Source: Escherichia coli
Lineage (GTDB): Bacteria; Pseudomonadota; Gammaproteobacteria; Enterobacterales; Enterobacteriaceae
Direction: 5' to 3' (one strand)
NCBI RefSeq assembly: GCF_048403405.1
Contig: NZ_CP183129.1
Length of the DNA stretch: 64,000 nucleotides
Shown here: positions 24,474 through 35,453 of the stretch, piece by piece
Layout: every line of letters begins with the position of its first letter
Numbering within the stretch: position 1 is the stretch's first letter
Translations under genes and position numbers: made by a program
Notes under the pieces: generated by a model
Seen by the model: the letters and a program-made list of their open reading frames with translations, nothing else
Databases searched by the model: none
What the model was told of the DNA's origin: nothing

Positions 24474-25334
24474 TTATTCTCGCGATATACCATCCAACGT
24501 AGACAACACTTCCTCAGAAAGATGCAATTTTTCAGCAGCCATATTCTCCCGTAAATGCGCAACAGAAGACGTCCCTGGGATCAGCAAAATATTCGGTGAA
24601 CGTTGTAACAGCCACGCCAGCGCCACCTGCATGGGTGTTGCACCCAGGCTCGCAGCAACATCCGACAGCGTAGAGGATTGCAGCGGTGTAAAGCCCCCGA
24701 GCGGGAAGAACGGCACGTAAGCAATGCCATCGTGGGCCAAAGCATCAATCATTGCATCATCAGCACGGTGCGCGATGTTGTATTCGTTTTGCACACAGAC
24801 AATTTCGGCAATCTTGCGCGCCTCTGCAACCTGCGTCGGTGTGACGTTGCTCAGGCCAATATGTTTTACCAGGCCTTGTTGTTGCATCTCTGCCAGCACG
24901 GTCAGGCTGGCCTCAATCGATCCTTCCGCTGGGCCATGACCATCCCCCATCATAACGCGCAGGTTAACCACATCCAGTACGTCCAGGCCGAGATTACGTA
25001 GATTATCGTGCACCGCTTTTTGCAACTCTGCCGGAGAAAAGGCGGGCAACCAGGAAGCGTCCTCTCCACGCCGCGCACCAATTTTAGTGACAATTGTCAG
25101 GTCGTCAGAGTAAGGATAAAGCGCTTCGCGGATAATCTGATTGGTGACGTGCGGACCATAAAAGTCGCTGGTATCAATGTGATTGACGCCCAATGCCAGC
25201 GCCTCGCGCAGTACAGTTATAGCGACGTGGCGATCTCTTGGGGGGCCAAAAACCCCAGGACCTGCCAGTTGCATCGCGCCATAACCAAGACGGTTAACGG
25301 ATTTTGTACCGAGAGTAAATGTGTTGCTGCTCAT
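24474..25334 (-). CDS. ydbC: aldo-keto reductase YdbC
   Basis: 286 aa matches YdbC. Confidence 0.9.
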   Translation of the reverse strand: MSSNTFTLGTKSVNRLGYGAMQLAGPGVFGPPRDRHVAITVLREALALGVNHIDTSDFYGPHVTNQIIREALYPYSDDLTIVTKIGARRGEDASWLPAFSPAELQKAVHDNLRNLGLDVLDVVNLRVMMGDGHGPAEGSIEASLTVLAEMQQQGLVKHIGLSNVTPTQVAEARKIAEIVCVQNEYNIAHRADDAMIDALAHDGIAYVPFFPLGGFTPLQSSTLSDVAASLGATPMQVALAWLLQRSPNILLIPGTSSVAHLRENMAAEKLHLSEEVLSTLDGISRE

Positions 25335-25488
25335 CGCACCCTGCCCTGTAATAAAACGGATTAAGAAAAATCAGTATAGAAACGAAAAGAGATAAATAAT
25401 GCGAAGGCGTAAACAAGATTACTGGATGAGTTGCTCTATTGTCCTTGAAGACACCAAAACAAAACGCGTCAAGTACCGCATCCGGCAA

Positions 25489-25523
25489 TAAAAAAACCGC
25501 AACCTGTATCAGCGTTGCGGTTT
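25489..25523 (-). terminator. rho-independent terminator downstream of paaY
   Basis: stem AACCGCAAC/GTTGCGGTT followed on the minus strand by T-run. Confidence 0.7.
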
Positions 25524-25565
25524 AGGTATCACATGCTAAAAATTAGAACGTCCAGCATCAGGACG

Positions 25566-26156
25566 TTACTGTTTCGGTCGCAGATTCTCATCAAATACCA
25601 GGCGCTGCCTGCCAGGTTCAACTTCCCGCAATGGCTCAACTTGATGCAACGTCTGCTTACAGCGTGTCACCAGCACCTGGTACTCATGCGTACCCTGCTT
25701 TTTCCATGCCAACTCCTGCTCACTGAGTTCACGAATCGCTTTCGCCGGGCTGCCGACAATCAGGTAATTAGCAGGCATTTCTGCTTTGGCTTTCACAAAT
25801 GCGGATGCACCCACAATACTGTTCTCACCAATCACCGCACCGTCCATCACTACCGCATTCATTCCCACTAATGCATTGCGGCGGATAATGCAGCCGTGAA
25901 GGATAGCGCTATGACCAATATGCCCATCTTCTTCCACGACAGTATCCTGCTCGGGAAAACCGTGCATAACGCAATTATCCTGAATGTTCGCGCCATCTTT
26001 CACCACGATACGACCAAAATCGCCACGCAGGCTGGCATTTGGCCCAACGTACACGCCCTTGCCGAGAATAACATCGCCGATCAATACCGCTGTCGGATGG
26101 ACAAAACTCTCTTCTGGCACAACCGGAGTCAGGCCGTCTATCTGATAAATTGGCAT
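25566..26156 (-). CDS. paaY: phenylacetate pathway hexapeptide-repeat protein PaaY (thioesterase)
   Basis: 196 aa matches PaaY. Confidence 0.9.
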   Translation of the reverse strand: MPIYQIDGLTPVVPEESFVHPTAVLIGDVILGKGVYVGPNASLRGDFGRIVVKDGANIQDNCVMHGFPEQDTVVEEDGHIGHSAILHGCIIRRNALVGMNAVVMDGAVIGENSIVGASAFVKAKAEMPANYLIVGSPAKAIRELSEQELAWKKQGTHEYQVLVTRCKQTLHQVEPLREVEPGRQRLVFDENLRPKQ

Positions 26157-27088
26157 AACGCCTCCTGTTCAATATTCAAGCCGCCAAAACGTTGAAAATA
26201 CAGGCTTCCCGGCGCAGGCAATTCACCGACCGAGGTTTCACCTTTTTCACTAACGAACGCTAAAGCAGCAGGCGCTACGCGCTGATAAATGTTGATACAC
26301 AGCTGACGCGCCGTATGCCCTGCCCAGTGTGCCGGAAGCAACTCCTCCGGCAACAATGGGTCTTTAAGGACGACACGGCGATAAAAATGGATCAGTAAAA
26401 GCTGAATATGAAATGCCCGCTCCGGGGTTAACTCGTCTGCCGCCTCTTTTAACAGCGGCACCAGCGGGCGGAATGACTGAATAAAGGTTTCGTACATGGC
26501 ATTTTGTTCAGTTAAATGCCAGCACTCTTCTACTCTGGCACGCAGTGCTGCGCGAGAAAGCGCCAGTGGTATTTGCGCTTCAAAACAAATCACGTTATCC
26601 GCCACCCCCGCTTCATGCAAAAGTGTCTGTACATCCGCCAGTTTTTGCGACGGCGATGCCATCAGGCTGGGTGCCAGTGCGCCAAAACCTTGCCAGATCA
26701 ACTGCTTTTTGACATCAGCCAGCGTTGATTTATCTAAACCTTCCGAGAGCAACAGGAGCCATTTACCATCCCATGCAGGTTGCTCTGCGCGATAAATTTT
26801 ACTTTCTGCCCGTCGCGTCAGGCGCAAGCCTTTATCACTGAGGCTATAGAAACTGCGTCGCCCGATGCGGGAAACATCCAGCCAGCCTTCTTTATTAAGA
26901 CGAAACAAAGCGGTGCGCACGAAACGCTCACCAAATCCCAGCCCTTCCAGCAAAGCAGCCAGACTACCCAGCCAGATTTCACCACCACGATGGGAAAGCG
27001 AATCACCATACAGAGAGGAGATCAAAGATGTGCCACTGACCGGAACAGCGTTTACAGCATGTTGGATAAAAGTATCAAGTTTACTCAT
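26138..27088 (-). CDS. paaX: phenylacetyl-CoA-responsive repressor PaaX
   Basis: 316 aa matches PaaX. Confidence 0.9.
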   Translation of the reverse strand: MSKLDTFIQHAVNAVPVSGTSLISSLYGDSLSHRGGEIWLGSLAALLEGLGFGERFVRTALFRLNKEGWLDVSRIGRRSFYSLSDKGLRLTRRAESKIYRAEQPAWDGKWLLLLSEGLDKSTLADVKKQLIWQGFGALAPSLMASPSQKLADVQTLLHEAGVADNVICFEAQIPLALSRAALRARVEECWHLTEQNAMYETFIQSFRPLVPLLKEAADELTPERAFHIQLLLIHFYRRVVLKDPLLPEELLPAHWAGHTARQLCINIYQRVAPAALAFVSEKGETSVGELPAPGSLYFQRFGGLNIEQEALCQFIR

Positions 27089-27188
27089 TCGATTCAGTCT
27101 GTTGTTATTGTTGTGATTTATGAATCATAGCACAGGTCGTATCGACTTCTGGCCCTGGCGCTTTACCTCACCAGGGCCAGACGACACG

Positions 27189-28502
27189 TCAGGCACCAAC
27201 AATATTGCGCAGATCAAACACCCGACACGCCTTGCCTTCTGAACGCGGGATACTGCCACAGTTAACGATCATCACATCGGTAGAGATCCCCACCATCGAC
27301 TTAATCCGATGGCGCAGCTGGTGGCACACCTGGCAACGCTGCTCATGCGTCAATGTCAGGCTACTTTCTTTCAACTCCACTTTCACAGAAAGTGAATCAA
27401 GATGCCCCCGGCGGTTCACCTCCAGTTGGTAATGGGGCGATAAATGTTCGAATTTGACAATCTCTTCTTCCAGTTGTGACGGAAAGACATTTACACCGCG
27501 AATAATCAACATGTCATCGCTGCGTCCGCTGATGCGATCCATGCGGCGCATAGTCCGCGCCGTTCCTGGTAACAGTCGGGTTAAATCACGCGTGCGGTAA
27601 CGAATGACCGGCAATGCTTCTTTGGTCAGCGTGGTGAATAACAGTTCGCCATGTTCACCATCGGCAAGCGGTGTGCCGTCCTGAGGATTAACAATTTCAG
27701 GATAGAAATGATCTTCCCAAATGGTTGGGCCGTCGGTAGTTTCCAGACACTCCATCGCCACCCCCGGCCCCATCACTTCTGACAGACCATAAATATCTAG
27801 TGCGGTGATCCCCAGGCGACGCTCAATCTCTTTACGCATGGCCTGTGTCCACGGCTCAGCACCAAATACTCCAACCCGCAGCGAGCAACCGCTGGCATCA
27901 CCGCCCAACTGCCGCTCCAGCTCTTCAATTAGGTTAAGGCAATAAGATGGCGTAACCATGATCATATCTGGTTGAAAATCACGGATCAGTTGCGCTTGTT
28001 TTTCCGTCTGCCCGCCAGACATCGGGATCACCGTAGCGCCCAGACGTTCGGCACCATAGTGCGCACCCAGCCCGCCAGTAAACAGGCCGTAACCATAGGC
28101 GACATGAATTTTGTCTTTGGGCGAGCCCCCTGCCGCACGCAAAGAACGCGCTACAATATTGGCCCAGTTATCAATATCGTTTTGCGTATAGCCGACAACT
28201 GTCGGTTTACCTGTGGTTCCCGAAGAAGCATGAATGCGCACCACTTGTTCCATTGGCACGGCAAAGGTGTCAAAGGGATAGTTGTCGCGCAGATCCTGTT
28301 TGGTGGTACAGGGAAATTTACGCAGGTCTGAAAGTTCCCTGAAATCATCAGGATGTACGCCTGCTGCGTCGAATTTGCGCCGATACATCGGCACATTTTC
28401 ATACGCGTGTTTGAGCGTCCATTTCAGACGCTGTGTTTGCAACGCCTGTAACTCATCAACAGACGCGGTTTCAATCGGGTCAAGCTTTGTATTGGTTATC
28501 AT
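27189..28502 (-). CDS. paaK: phenylacetate-CoA ligase
   Basis: 437 aa from MITNTKLD; adenylate-forming enzyme. Confidence 0.9.
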   Translation of the reverse strand: MITNTKLDPIETASVDELQALQTQRLKWTLKHAYENVPMYRRKFDAAGVHPDDFRELSDLRKFPCTTKQDLRDNYPFDTFAVPMEQVVRIHASSGTTGKPTVVGYTQNDIDNWANIVARSLRAAGGSPKDKIHVAYGYGLFTGGLGAHYGAERLGATVIPMSGGQTEKQAQLIRDFQPDMIMVTPSYCLNLIEELERQLGGDASGCSLRVGVFGAEPWTQAMRKEIERRLGITALDIYGLSEVMGPGVAMECLETTDGPTIWEDHFYPEIVNPQDGTPLADGEHGELLFTTLTKEALPVIRYRTRDLTRLLPGTARTMRRMDRISGRSDDMLIIRGVNVFPSQLEEEIVKFEHLSPHYQLEVNRRGHLDSLSVKVELKESSLTLTHEQRCQVCHQLRHRIKSMVGISTDVMIVNCGSIPRSEGKACRVFDLRNIVGA

Positions 28503-28528
28503 TGTAGGGTACTCGCAGGTTGATATGC

Positions 28529-29734
28529 TCAAACACGCTCCAGAATCATGGCGATGCCCTGACCGACACCGATGCACATGGTGCATAATGCATAACGACC
28601 GTTACGCCGATGCAGCTCATGGCTGGCAGCCAGTGCCAGGCGGGCACCACTCATTCCCAACGGATGGCCTAAGGCGATAGCGCCTCCGTTGGGGTTAACA
28701 TGTGGGGCATCATCAGGCAGCCCCAATTCGCGTAGTACACCCAATGCCTGAGCCGCGAACGCTTCGTTCAGTTCAATCACGTCCATATCGTGAATACTCA
28801 GCCCCGCACGTTCCAGCACCCGGCGAGTTGCAGGCACCGGACCAAGCCCCATCAGGCGCGGTTCCACCCCGGCGGTTGCCATGGCTACGATACGCGCTCG
28901 CGGCGTCAGTCCTTGCGCTGCTGCCATCTGTTCACTGGCAATAATCAACGCAGCGGCTCCGTCATTCACCCCGGAGGCATTGCCTGCGGTAATCACCCCA
29001 TTGGCACGAAATGGTGCTTTTAACCCACGTAACTGTTCCAGCGTCGTTTCCGGGCGCAGATGCTCATCATGTTGTATTTCTGTTACAACACCTTTCTTAT
29101 TTTTCAAGACGACCGGAACAATCTCCTCAGCCAGAATGCCTGAGGATTGCGCTTTTGCCGTACGTTGCTGACTGCGTAGCGCAAAACTATCTTGATCTTC
29201 TCGTGATATTTTTAACAGTTCAGCTACATTCTCTGCCGTTTCCGGCATGCTGTCAGTTCCAAATTGCTGAGCCATGAGCGGGTTCACAAATCGCCAGCCA
29301 ATAGTGGTATCGAACATCTCTGCCTGACGAGAAAATGCACTGGCTGCCTTGCCCATAACAAACGGTGCCCGTGACATTGACTCCACGCCACCGGCGATCA
29401 GCAAATCGCCATCGCCCGCTTTAATCGCCCGTGCGGCAAACCCCAGTGCGTCCAGCCCGGAACCACACAAGCGGTTAATGGTTGTGCCGGAAACACTCTG
29501 CGGCAGCCCCGCCAGTAAAGTCGCCATCCGGGCTACGTTACGGTTATCTTCTCCCGCCTGATTAGCACAGCCGAGGATCACATCATCGATACATTCCGCA
29601 TCGAGACGCGGGTTTCGCACCAGCAGTTCCCGCAAAGGGATAGCAGCCAGATCATCAGCCCGAACACCTGATAATGCCCCGCCGTAGCGACCAATTGGCG
29701 TACGAATTCCGTCACAGATAAAGGCTTCACGCAT
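28529..29734 (-). CDS. paaJ: 3-oxoadipyl-CoA / 3-oxo-5,6-dehydrosuberyl-CoA thiolase
   Basis: 401 aa thiolase. Confidence 0.9.
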   Translation of the reverse strand: MREAFICDGIRTPIGRYGGALSGVRADDLAAIPLRELLVRNPRLDAECIDDVILGCANQAGEDNRNVARMATLLAGLPQSVSGTTINRLCGSGLDALGFAARAIKAGDGDLLIAGGVESMSRAPFVMGKAASAFSRQAEMFDTTIGWRFVNPLMAQQFGTDSMPETAENVAELLKISREDQDSFALRSQQRTAKAQSSGILAEEIVPVVLKNKKGVVTEIQHDEHLRPETTLEQLRGLKAPFRANGVITAGNASGVNDGAAALIIASEQMAAAQGLTPRARIVAMATAGVEPRLMGLGPVPATRRVLERAGLSIHDMDVIELNEAFAAQALGVLRELGLPDDAPHVNPNGGAIALGHPLGMSGARLALAASHELHRRNGRYALCTMCIGVGQGIAMILERV

Positions 29735-30156
29735 CAGGCTTCTCCTGTAATGGTGCCGCCGATGCGGTGAGATTTACCGCGAAACAGCGCAACCGTTTTT
29801 TGTTGTTGGTTAACAATTTCGATGTCGTAAACACCGGTTTGCTTGCCCTGATGACGAACCTGCGCAGTAGCAGTTAAAGTGTCTCCGGCAAAGCCTGGAC
29901 GTAAAAAATCAATCGTGCAGGCAGAAGCGACGGCTGCCAGCCCCTGGCTATTGCAGGCGTAGGCAAAGGCAGTATCAGCCAGTGAAAATAGCTGCCCGCC
30001 GTGGCAACTTTGATGACCATTAAGCATTTGTGCAGTGACGGTCATGGTCACTACAGCAAAGCCTTCATCCATTGAGATAATGTCGATGCCAAGTGCTTTG
30101 GCGCAGGCATCGTTCTCATACATTGCATGGGCATTTTGCCAGGCCTTATGACTCAT
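29734..30156 (-). CDS. paaI: hotdog-fold acyl-CoA thioesterase PaaI
   Basis: 140 aa from MSHKAWQ. Confidence 0.9.
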   Translation of the reverse strand: MSHKAWQNAHAMYENDACAKALGIDIISMDEGFAVVTMTVTAQMLNGHQSCHGGQLFSLADTAFAYACNSQGLAAVASACTIDFLRPGFAGDTLTATAQVRHQGKQTGVYDIEIVNQQQKTVALFRGKSHRIGGTITGEA

Positions 30157-31573
30157 AACCGCTCTCCAGAAGCGCCCGTTGGCGCAGCAATGAACATGGG
30201 CGATAGCGTTCTTCGCCATAGTGATGTTGTAGGTTTTCCAGGAGCCTTAATATTCGCTGCCAGCCAAGTTGCGCTCCCCAGGCAAGCGGGCCATATGGAT
30301 AATTCACCCCAAGACGCATGGCGGTATCGATATCCTGCTCAGAGGCCACGCCTTTTTGCAGCGCATCGAGGGCTTCATTGATGATCATTGCTACCGTTCG
30401 CCAAATCAGCATTCCTGGGTAATCTGCAATTTGCAGCACTGTTTTGCCCTGCTGTTGCAGGTAATAAATGGCCTTGCGGGTCGCTGAGTCCGGGTTCACC
30501 GCTGCAGCAGCAATGGTCACCACCTTGCCCGCCATTTTGTCGATCACTACCACCGGGCGCGCCAGTCGTGTTGCCAGCGCCTGTGCCGTCTCGCCTTGTG
30601 TCTCAATCAATAAAACATCGTCAATTTCCGTGACACCGTCACTTTTATTTTCTACTTTCATAGGGCTAAAACTGTCGCTTACCGCTTCCAGGCCAACAAC
30701 TGCCTCACGTTCCGCGCGCCAGTCGTACACGCCCAGCCCACTTTTCTTGCCCAACCGTCCACCAATCACCAGTTCCTGTTGCACCAGCGAAGGTAAAAAA
30801 CGACGCTCCTGCCAGAAAGCGTTAAACACCGAACAGGTGACAGCAAAATTGACGTCCTGACCAATCAGATCGGTTAATTCCAGCGGCCCCATCGGGAAAC
30901 CAGCGCCATCGCGAAGCGCAGCGTCAATCACTTCTGGTGAAGCAACCTGCTCTTCCAGTGCCCGCCAGGCCTCGGAATAATAAGGACGCGCAACACGGTT
31001 AACGATAAATCCAGGGGTCGAATGACAGCGCACAGGCTGCTTACCCCAGCTCAACGTCAGTTCACCCAACTGCTCAACAACTTCCGCCGCCGTTGCCAGC
31101 CCACTGACCACCTCCACCAACTTCATGACAGGTGCCGGGTTAAAAAAATGCAGCCCCGCAACACGTTCAGGATTTTTTACCTCCGCAGCAATCGCGGTAA
31201 TAGAGATTGACGATGTGTTAGTGGTCAATAGCGTTTGTGGCGGGCAAACTTCTGCCAGTTGTGCAAAGAGCGCTTTTTTAACTTCCAGACGTTCAGACGC
31301 TGCTTCAATGACCAGCTCCGCTGCTGCCAGCGCGTGAATATCGGTCACCGGGATCAGGCGTTTCAATGTGCGTTCACAGGTTTCAGCGGTCAGTTTTCCC
31401 CGCTTTACTCGTGAATTCAGCCGCGCGTGTATCCCGTCGATTGCGCGGGTCAGCGCCTCAGCAGAAATGTCATACAGTAAAACCTGGTGTCCATGACTGG
31501 CAGCAACTTCAGCAATGCCTGCCCCCATGGTGCCACTCCCGATCACCGCCACAGTTTGCACATTTATCATCAT
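30146..31573 (-). CDS. paaH: 3-hydroxyadipyl-CoA dehydrogenase
   Basis: 475 aa from MMINVQT; Rossmann GSGTMGAGIA. Confidence 0.9.
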   Translation of the reverse strand: MMINVQTVAVIGSGTMGAGIAEVAASHGHQVLLYDISAEALTRAIDGIHARLNSRVKRGKLTAETCERTLKRLIPVTDIHALAAAELVIEAASERLEVKKALFAQLAEVCPPQTLLTTNTSSISITAIAAEVKNPERVAGLHFFNPAPVMKLVEVVSGLATAAEVVEQLGELTLSWGKQPVRCHSTPGFIVNRVARPYYSEAWRALEEQVASPEVIDAALRDGAGFPMGPLELTDLIGQDVNFAVTCSVFNAFWQERRFLPSLVQQELVIGGRLGKKSGLGVYDWRAEREAVVGLEAVSDSFSPMKVENKSDGVTEIDDVLLIETQGETAQALATRLARPVVVIDKMAGKVVTIAAAAVNPDSATRKAIYYLQQQGKTVLQIADYPGMLIWRTVAMIINEALDALQKGVASEQDIDTAMRLGVNYPYGPLAWGAQLGWQRILRLLENLQHHYGEERYRPCSLLRQRALLESGYES

Positions 31574-31574
31574 G

Positions 31575-32345
31575 CTATTTCCCCGTGAACTGCGGTGAGC
31601 GTTTAGCCAGGAACGCACTGACACCTTCACGATAATCTGCGCTCCGTCCGGCAAGCCGCTGATAGTCGCGTTCCAGATCCAGTTGCGTATCGAGCGTATT
31701 GGTTTCAGCGCTATTTATTGCTTGCTTGATAAGTCCAAGACCATATGTCGGTTGTGTCGCCAGATGCCGTGCCAGCTGTTGCGCGGTATCTGCCAGCGTT
31801 TCATCATTAACAACCTGCCAGATCATCCCCCATTCGTGCGCCTGTTCAGCACTCAGTTGATTCCCCAGCAGTGCCAGCCCCATGGCGCGCGCTCGCCCAG
31901 CAACGCGTGGCAGTAACCAGGTTCCACCGCAATCGGGTACTAAGCCTAACTTACTAAACGCCATGACGAATTTTGCTGAACGGGCAGCAATAACGATGTC
32001 GCATCCCAGTGCCAGTGTTGCGCCAGCCCCTGCCGCCACGCCATTGACTGCACAGATCACCGGTTTTGGTAGTTTTGCCAGGCGACGTACCAGTGGGTTA
32101 TAGAAACGCTCCACTGACATCCCTAAATCCGGTGCGGGGCCTGTGGGATCAACGTTACGATCGTTAAGATCCTGACCAGCACAAAATCCACGTCCGGCAC
32201 CTGTAATTAACAAGCAACGGATAGTGTCGTCGCGCTCGACCTGTTTCAGGCACTCTGCCAGTTGTGCGTGCATCTCATCATTAAGGCGGTTGAGCGTTAG
32301 TGTCATCACGCCCTTTTCTACATGACTGAGGATGAATTCCATCAT
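31575..32345 (-). CDS. paaG: 1,2-epoxyphenylacetyl-CoA isomerase (crotonase fold)
   Basis: 256 aa crotonase-fold protein; see finding on length. Confidence 0.85.
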   Translation of the reverse strand: MMEFILSHVEKGVMTLTLNRLNDEMHAQLAECLKQVERDDTIRCLLITGAGRGFCAGQDLNDRNVDPTGPAPDLGMSVERFYNPLVRRLAKLPKPVICAVNGVAAGAGATLALGCDIVIAARSAKFVMAFSKLGLVPDCGGTWLLPRVAGRARAMGLALLGNQLSAEQAHEWGMIWQVVNDETLADTAQQLARHLATQPTYGLGLIKQAINSAETNTLDTQLDLERDYQRLAGRSADYREGVSAFLAKRSPQFTGK

Positions 32346-33112
32346 TAGCGTCCTTTAAAGTCGGGCGTGCGTTTTTGTAAGAAAGCGGAGATGCCTTCAT
32401 GACGATCTTCTGTTGCCGCCAGCAAGGTGAATAACTGTCGCTCCTGGGCAAGTCCGGCTTGTAAAGCCACTTCCTGCGACTGGCGCAGCGCTTGCTTTGC
32501 CGCTTGTAAGGCCAGCGGCGAGTGACGTGCCATTTTCGATGCCAACTGTAAGGCGTATTCGAGGGTTAAATCTCTGGGGAATACGTCGCTAACCAGCCCG
32601 GCCTGCTGTGCTTGCTGGGCGGTGATACTTTCTCCGCTCAGCACCATTTTGCTGGCTAACGATTTACCGACACTACGGATTAAACGTTGCGTTCCGCCTG
32701 CGCCAGGCATGATGCCGAGAGTGATTTCCGGCAACCCAAAACGCGCGTTCTCTCCGGCAACCACCACATCGCACAACAATGCCAGTTCGCAACCCGCACC
32801 AAGCGCGTAACCATTGACGGCTGCGATGAGTGGTTTGTTAAAGGCCTGCAATCGCGCCCATAGCTGGGGACGTGTATCGTTTAAGGTGGCCGCGAGATCT
32901 TTTTCTGCCATTTCGTTGAGATCGGCCCCAGCGGCAAAAAAGCGTGCATTACCGGTAATCACACAGACCGAAATGCTGCTATCGGTAGCCGCAGCTTCCA
33001 GTTCATTTACCAGTTGCGTCAGAAGGGCATTATTTAGCGCATTACGTGCGGCGGGACGGTTAAGGGTCAGCAACAATACTCGTTGCTGACGGCTGACGAT
33101 CAGTTCGCTCAT
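32345..33112 (-). CDS. paaF: 2,3-dehydroadipyl-CoA hydratase
   Basis: 255 aa enoyl-CoA hydratase. Confidence 0.9.
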   Translation of the reverse strand: MSELIVSRQQRVLLLTLNRPAARNALNNALLTQLVNELEAAATDSSISVCVITGNARFFAAGADLNEMAEKDLAATLNDTRPQLWARLQAFNKPLIAAVNGYALGAGCELALLCDVVVAGENARFGLPEITLGIMPGAGGTQRLIRSVGKSLASKMVLSGESITAQQAQQAGLVSDVFPRDLTLEYALQLASKMARHSPLALQAAKQALRQSQEVALQAGLAQERQLFTLLAATEDRHEGISAFLQKRTPDFKGR

Positions 33113-34179
33113 GCCATCCCCTTCGCGTCAAAGTCAACCACCACATCGCTGGTCAGCGGCAGTGCCTGGCAACTCAACACATAGCCTGCGGCCAGTTCAT
33201 CCGGTTCCAGACTGTAATTGGTTTCCATCGCCACTTTGCCACGCAGCACTTTGCATTTGCAGGTCGCACAGACGCCGCCTTTGCAGGCATAGGGCAGATC
33301 CGCCCCCTGGCGCAATGCCGCATCGAGAATGCTTTCATCGTCGGCATTAAGCACGATTTCCCGATCCCGCCCATCCTGACGTACAGTCACTTTTTGTCCG
33401 TCACTTTGCACGTTAACGCTACGTTTGACGCGCGTGCCAGGCGTATTAAACCGCTCCAGATGAATAGCTTTTTCTGGCATTCCCAGTGCTTTTAAGGCGG
33501 CTTCCGCGTCATCCATCATCGCCGCCGGACCACAAATAAACGCCTCATCATAAAGACGAAAATTAATGAGCGAGGCCCCAAGTGACTGTAATTTTTCACC
33601 GTCAATACGCCCGTGAAGCAGATCGCTGTCGAGGGTTTCCTGACTGAAAATGCACAACAACTGTAAACGCTGAGGATATTTGTCTTTCAGGTCTGCCAGT
33701 GCCTGGCGAAACATCATGCTCTGGCTGGTACAGTTACCGTAGATCAGGGTGAACTGACTTTCAGGCTCGGTTTGTAAAGTGGTAGCGATAATCGCCAGCA
33801 TTGGCGTAATACCTGATCCTGCTGCAATAGCCAGATAGCGCCCCTGGCGTTCGGCCTGCGGCTGATAGCCGAAATGCCCCTGCGGCACCATGACCTCCAG
33901 CGTCATACCCTGGCGTATGTGTTCGCGGGCATAGCGGGAGAAACGTCCGCCTTCAATGGCTTTCACCGCCACACTAATTTCGCCAGGCAGGTAGCTGCGG
34001 CAAATGGAGTAACAACGGCGTAATTCTTCACCATCAAAGCTGGCTTTTAAGGTCAAATGTTGACCGGGGCGAAAGCGATACGCCTCCTGCAAAGGCTGGG
34101 GCACCGCAAAGGTAATGGTCACCGCATCACGGGTTTCCGGCTCCACTTTTGCCACCGTTAAGGAATGAAACGTTGTCAT
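33109..34179 (-). CDS. paaE: phenylacetyl-CoA epoxidase reductase subunit (ferredoxin-NADP reductase type)
   Basis: 356 aa from MTTFHSL; C-terminal 2Fe-2S Cys cluster. Confidence 0.9.
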   Translation of the reverse strand: MTTFHSLTVAKVEPETRDAVTITFAVPQPLQEAYRFRPGQHLTLKASFDGEELRRCYSICRSYLPGEISVAVKAIEGGRFSRYAREHIRQGMTLEVMVPQGHFGYQPQAERQGRYLAIAAGSGITPMLAIIATTLQTEPESQFTLIYGNCTSQSMMFRQALADLKDKYPQRLQLLCIFSQETLDSDLLHGRIDGEKLQSLGASLINFRLYDEAFICGPAAMMDDAEAALKALGMPEKAIHLERFNTPGTRVKRSVNVQSDGQKVTVRQDGRDREIVLNADDESILDAALRQGADLPYACKGGVCATCKCKVLRGKVAMETNYSLEPDELAAGYVLSCQALPLTSDVVVDFDAKGMA

Positions 34180-34186
34180 GGCATCC

Positions 34187-34684
34187 TCAAATACATTTGA
34201 AATAATCGAAAGGTTCGCGGCAACTATCGCAGCGATACAATGCTTTGCAGGCCGTGGAACCAAATTCACTGATAAGTGTGGTATGGACGCTGGCGCAGCG
34301 CGGGCAACGTACTTCTGGCGGCAAATGGGCATGGCAACTATGTCCTGCGGGCGGGCTAATGCCATACAGTCGCAGACGCTCACGAGCATCGGGGGTCATC
34401 CAGTCGGTGGTCCATGCCGGGTCGAGTTGCAGCACAACCTGAACGGGAGTAAACCCGTGGGTTGTCAGTGCCTCACGTATCGCGCCAATCAAATGTTCCG
34501 TTGCCGGACAACCGGAATATGTCGGCGTAAAGCCGATCACCCATCCTTCTCCCATCTGTGTCACATTACGCACCATGCCTAAATCGGTAATGGTCAGCAC
34601 CGGGATCTCCGGGTCCGGGATCTGGCTGAGTAGCGCCCATATTTCATGAACCTGTGGCGGTGCAATGGTGGCCAGACGTTGCAT
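34187..34684 (-). CDS. paaD: phenylacetyl-CoA epoxidase subunit PaaD
   Basis: 165 aa from MQRLATI. Confidence 0.85.
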   Translation of the reverse strand: MQRLATIAPPQVHEIWALLSQIPDPEIPVLTITDLGMVRNVTQMGEGWVIGFTPTYSGCPATEHLIGAIREALTTHGFTPVQVVLQLDPAWTTDWMTPDARERLRLYGISPPAGHSCHAHLPPEVRCPRCASVHTTLISEFGSTACKALYRCDSCREPFDYFKCI

Positions 34685-34698
34685 ACCCATCTCCTCTG

Positions 34699-35445
34699 TT
34701 ACCATTGCTGACCGGGCAAGACACGCTGGAGATACTGCATTTCTGCCAGCATGGGTCCAAGGTATTCGGTATGCAGTCCTTTTTTACCGCCAGTGCGATA
34801 CGCCTGCTCTTGCGGTACGTTCAATGTGGCTTCGTTGATCCCGGCAAAAACTTCGGCTTCCCACGCTGCACGTAAAGTGCGTGGATCAACCGCAATACCC
34901 TCTTCACTCAGTGCAATATCAATCTCGTCGGCATCGAACAGTTCGGCGGTAAAACGCCACAACTTGTCGATGGCCTGCTGCATTTTTTGCCCTGATACGT
35001 CAGTACCATTGCCCAGTCGCTCCAGCCAGCCACGACTAAAACGCAGGTGATAACGCGCTTCTTTGATTGCTTTGGCAGAAATCGCCGCCAGTTGCGGATC
35101 ACGGCTTTCCATCAGACGGGTAAAGAGCGCCACATGCCATGCATCGATGAAATACTGACGTGCAATGGTGTCGGCAAAATTGCCGTTTGGTTGTTCAACC
35201 AACAATAAGTTGCTGAACTGGCGCTCGTCTCGGGTGAAGGCCAGGGTATCTTCATCGCCTTCTCCCGCTAATTCAGCGGCATACGATAAGAAGTTGCGTG
35301 CCTGACCTAATAAATCGAGGCCAATGTTTGCCAGTGCGAGATCGATTTCCAGTTCCGGTGCGTGACCGCACCATTCACCCAACCGCTGGGAGAGCACCAG
35401 GCAGTTATCGCCCAGGCGCAAGGTGTAAGCCGTTAACTGATTCAT
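34699..35445 (-). CDS. paaC: phenylacetyl-CoA epoxidase subunit PaaC
   Basis: 248 aa from MNQLTAY. Confidence 0.85.
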   Translation of the reverse strand: MNQLTAYTLRLGDNCLVLSQRLGEWCGHAPELEIDLALANIGLDLLGQARNFLSYAAELAGEGDEDTLAFTRDERQFSNLLLVEQPNGNFADTIARQYFIDAWHVALFTRLMESRDPQLAAISAKAIKEARYHLRFSRGWLERLGNGTDVSGQKMQQAIDKLWRFTAELFDADEIDIALSEEGIAVDPRTLRAAWEAEVFAGINEATLNVPQEQAYRTGGKKGLHTEYLGPMLAEMQYLQRVLPGQQW

Positions 35446-35453
35446 TTCCGACC

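Noticed and set aside
25465-25490. Partial REP-like sequence CCGCATCCGGCAAT upstream of the paaY terminator
   Set aside because: Only half of the REP palindrome is present; not reported as a repeat feature.
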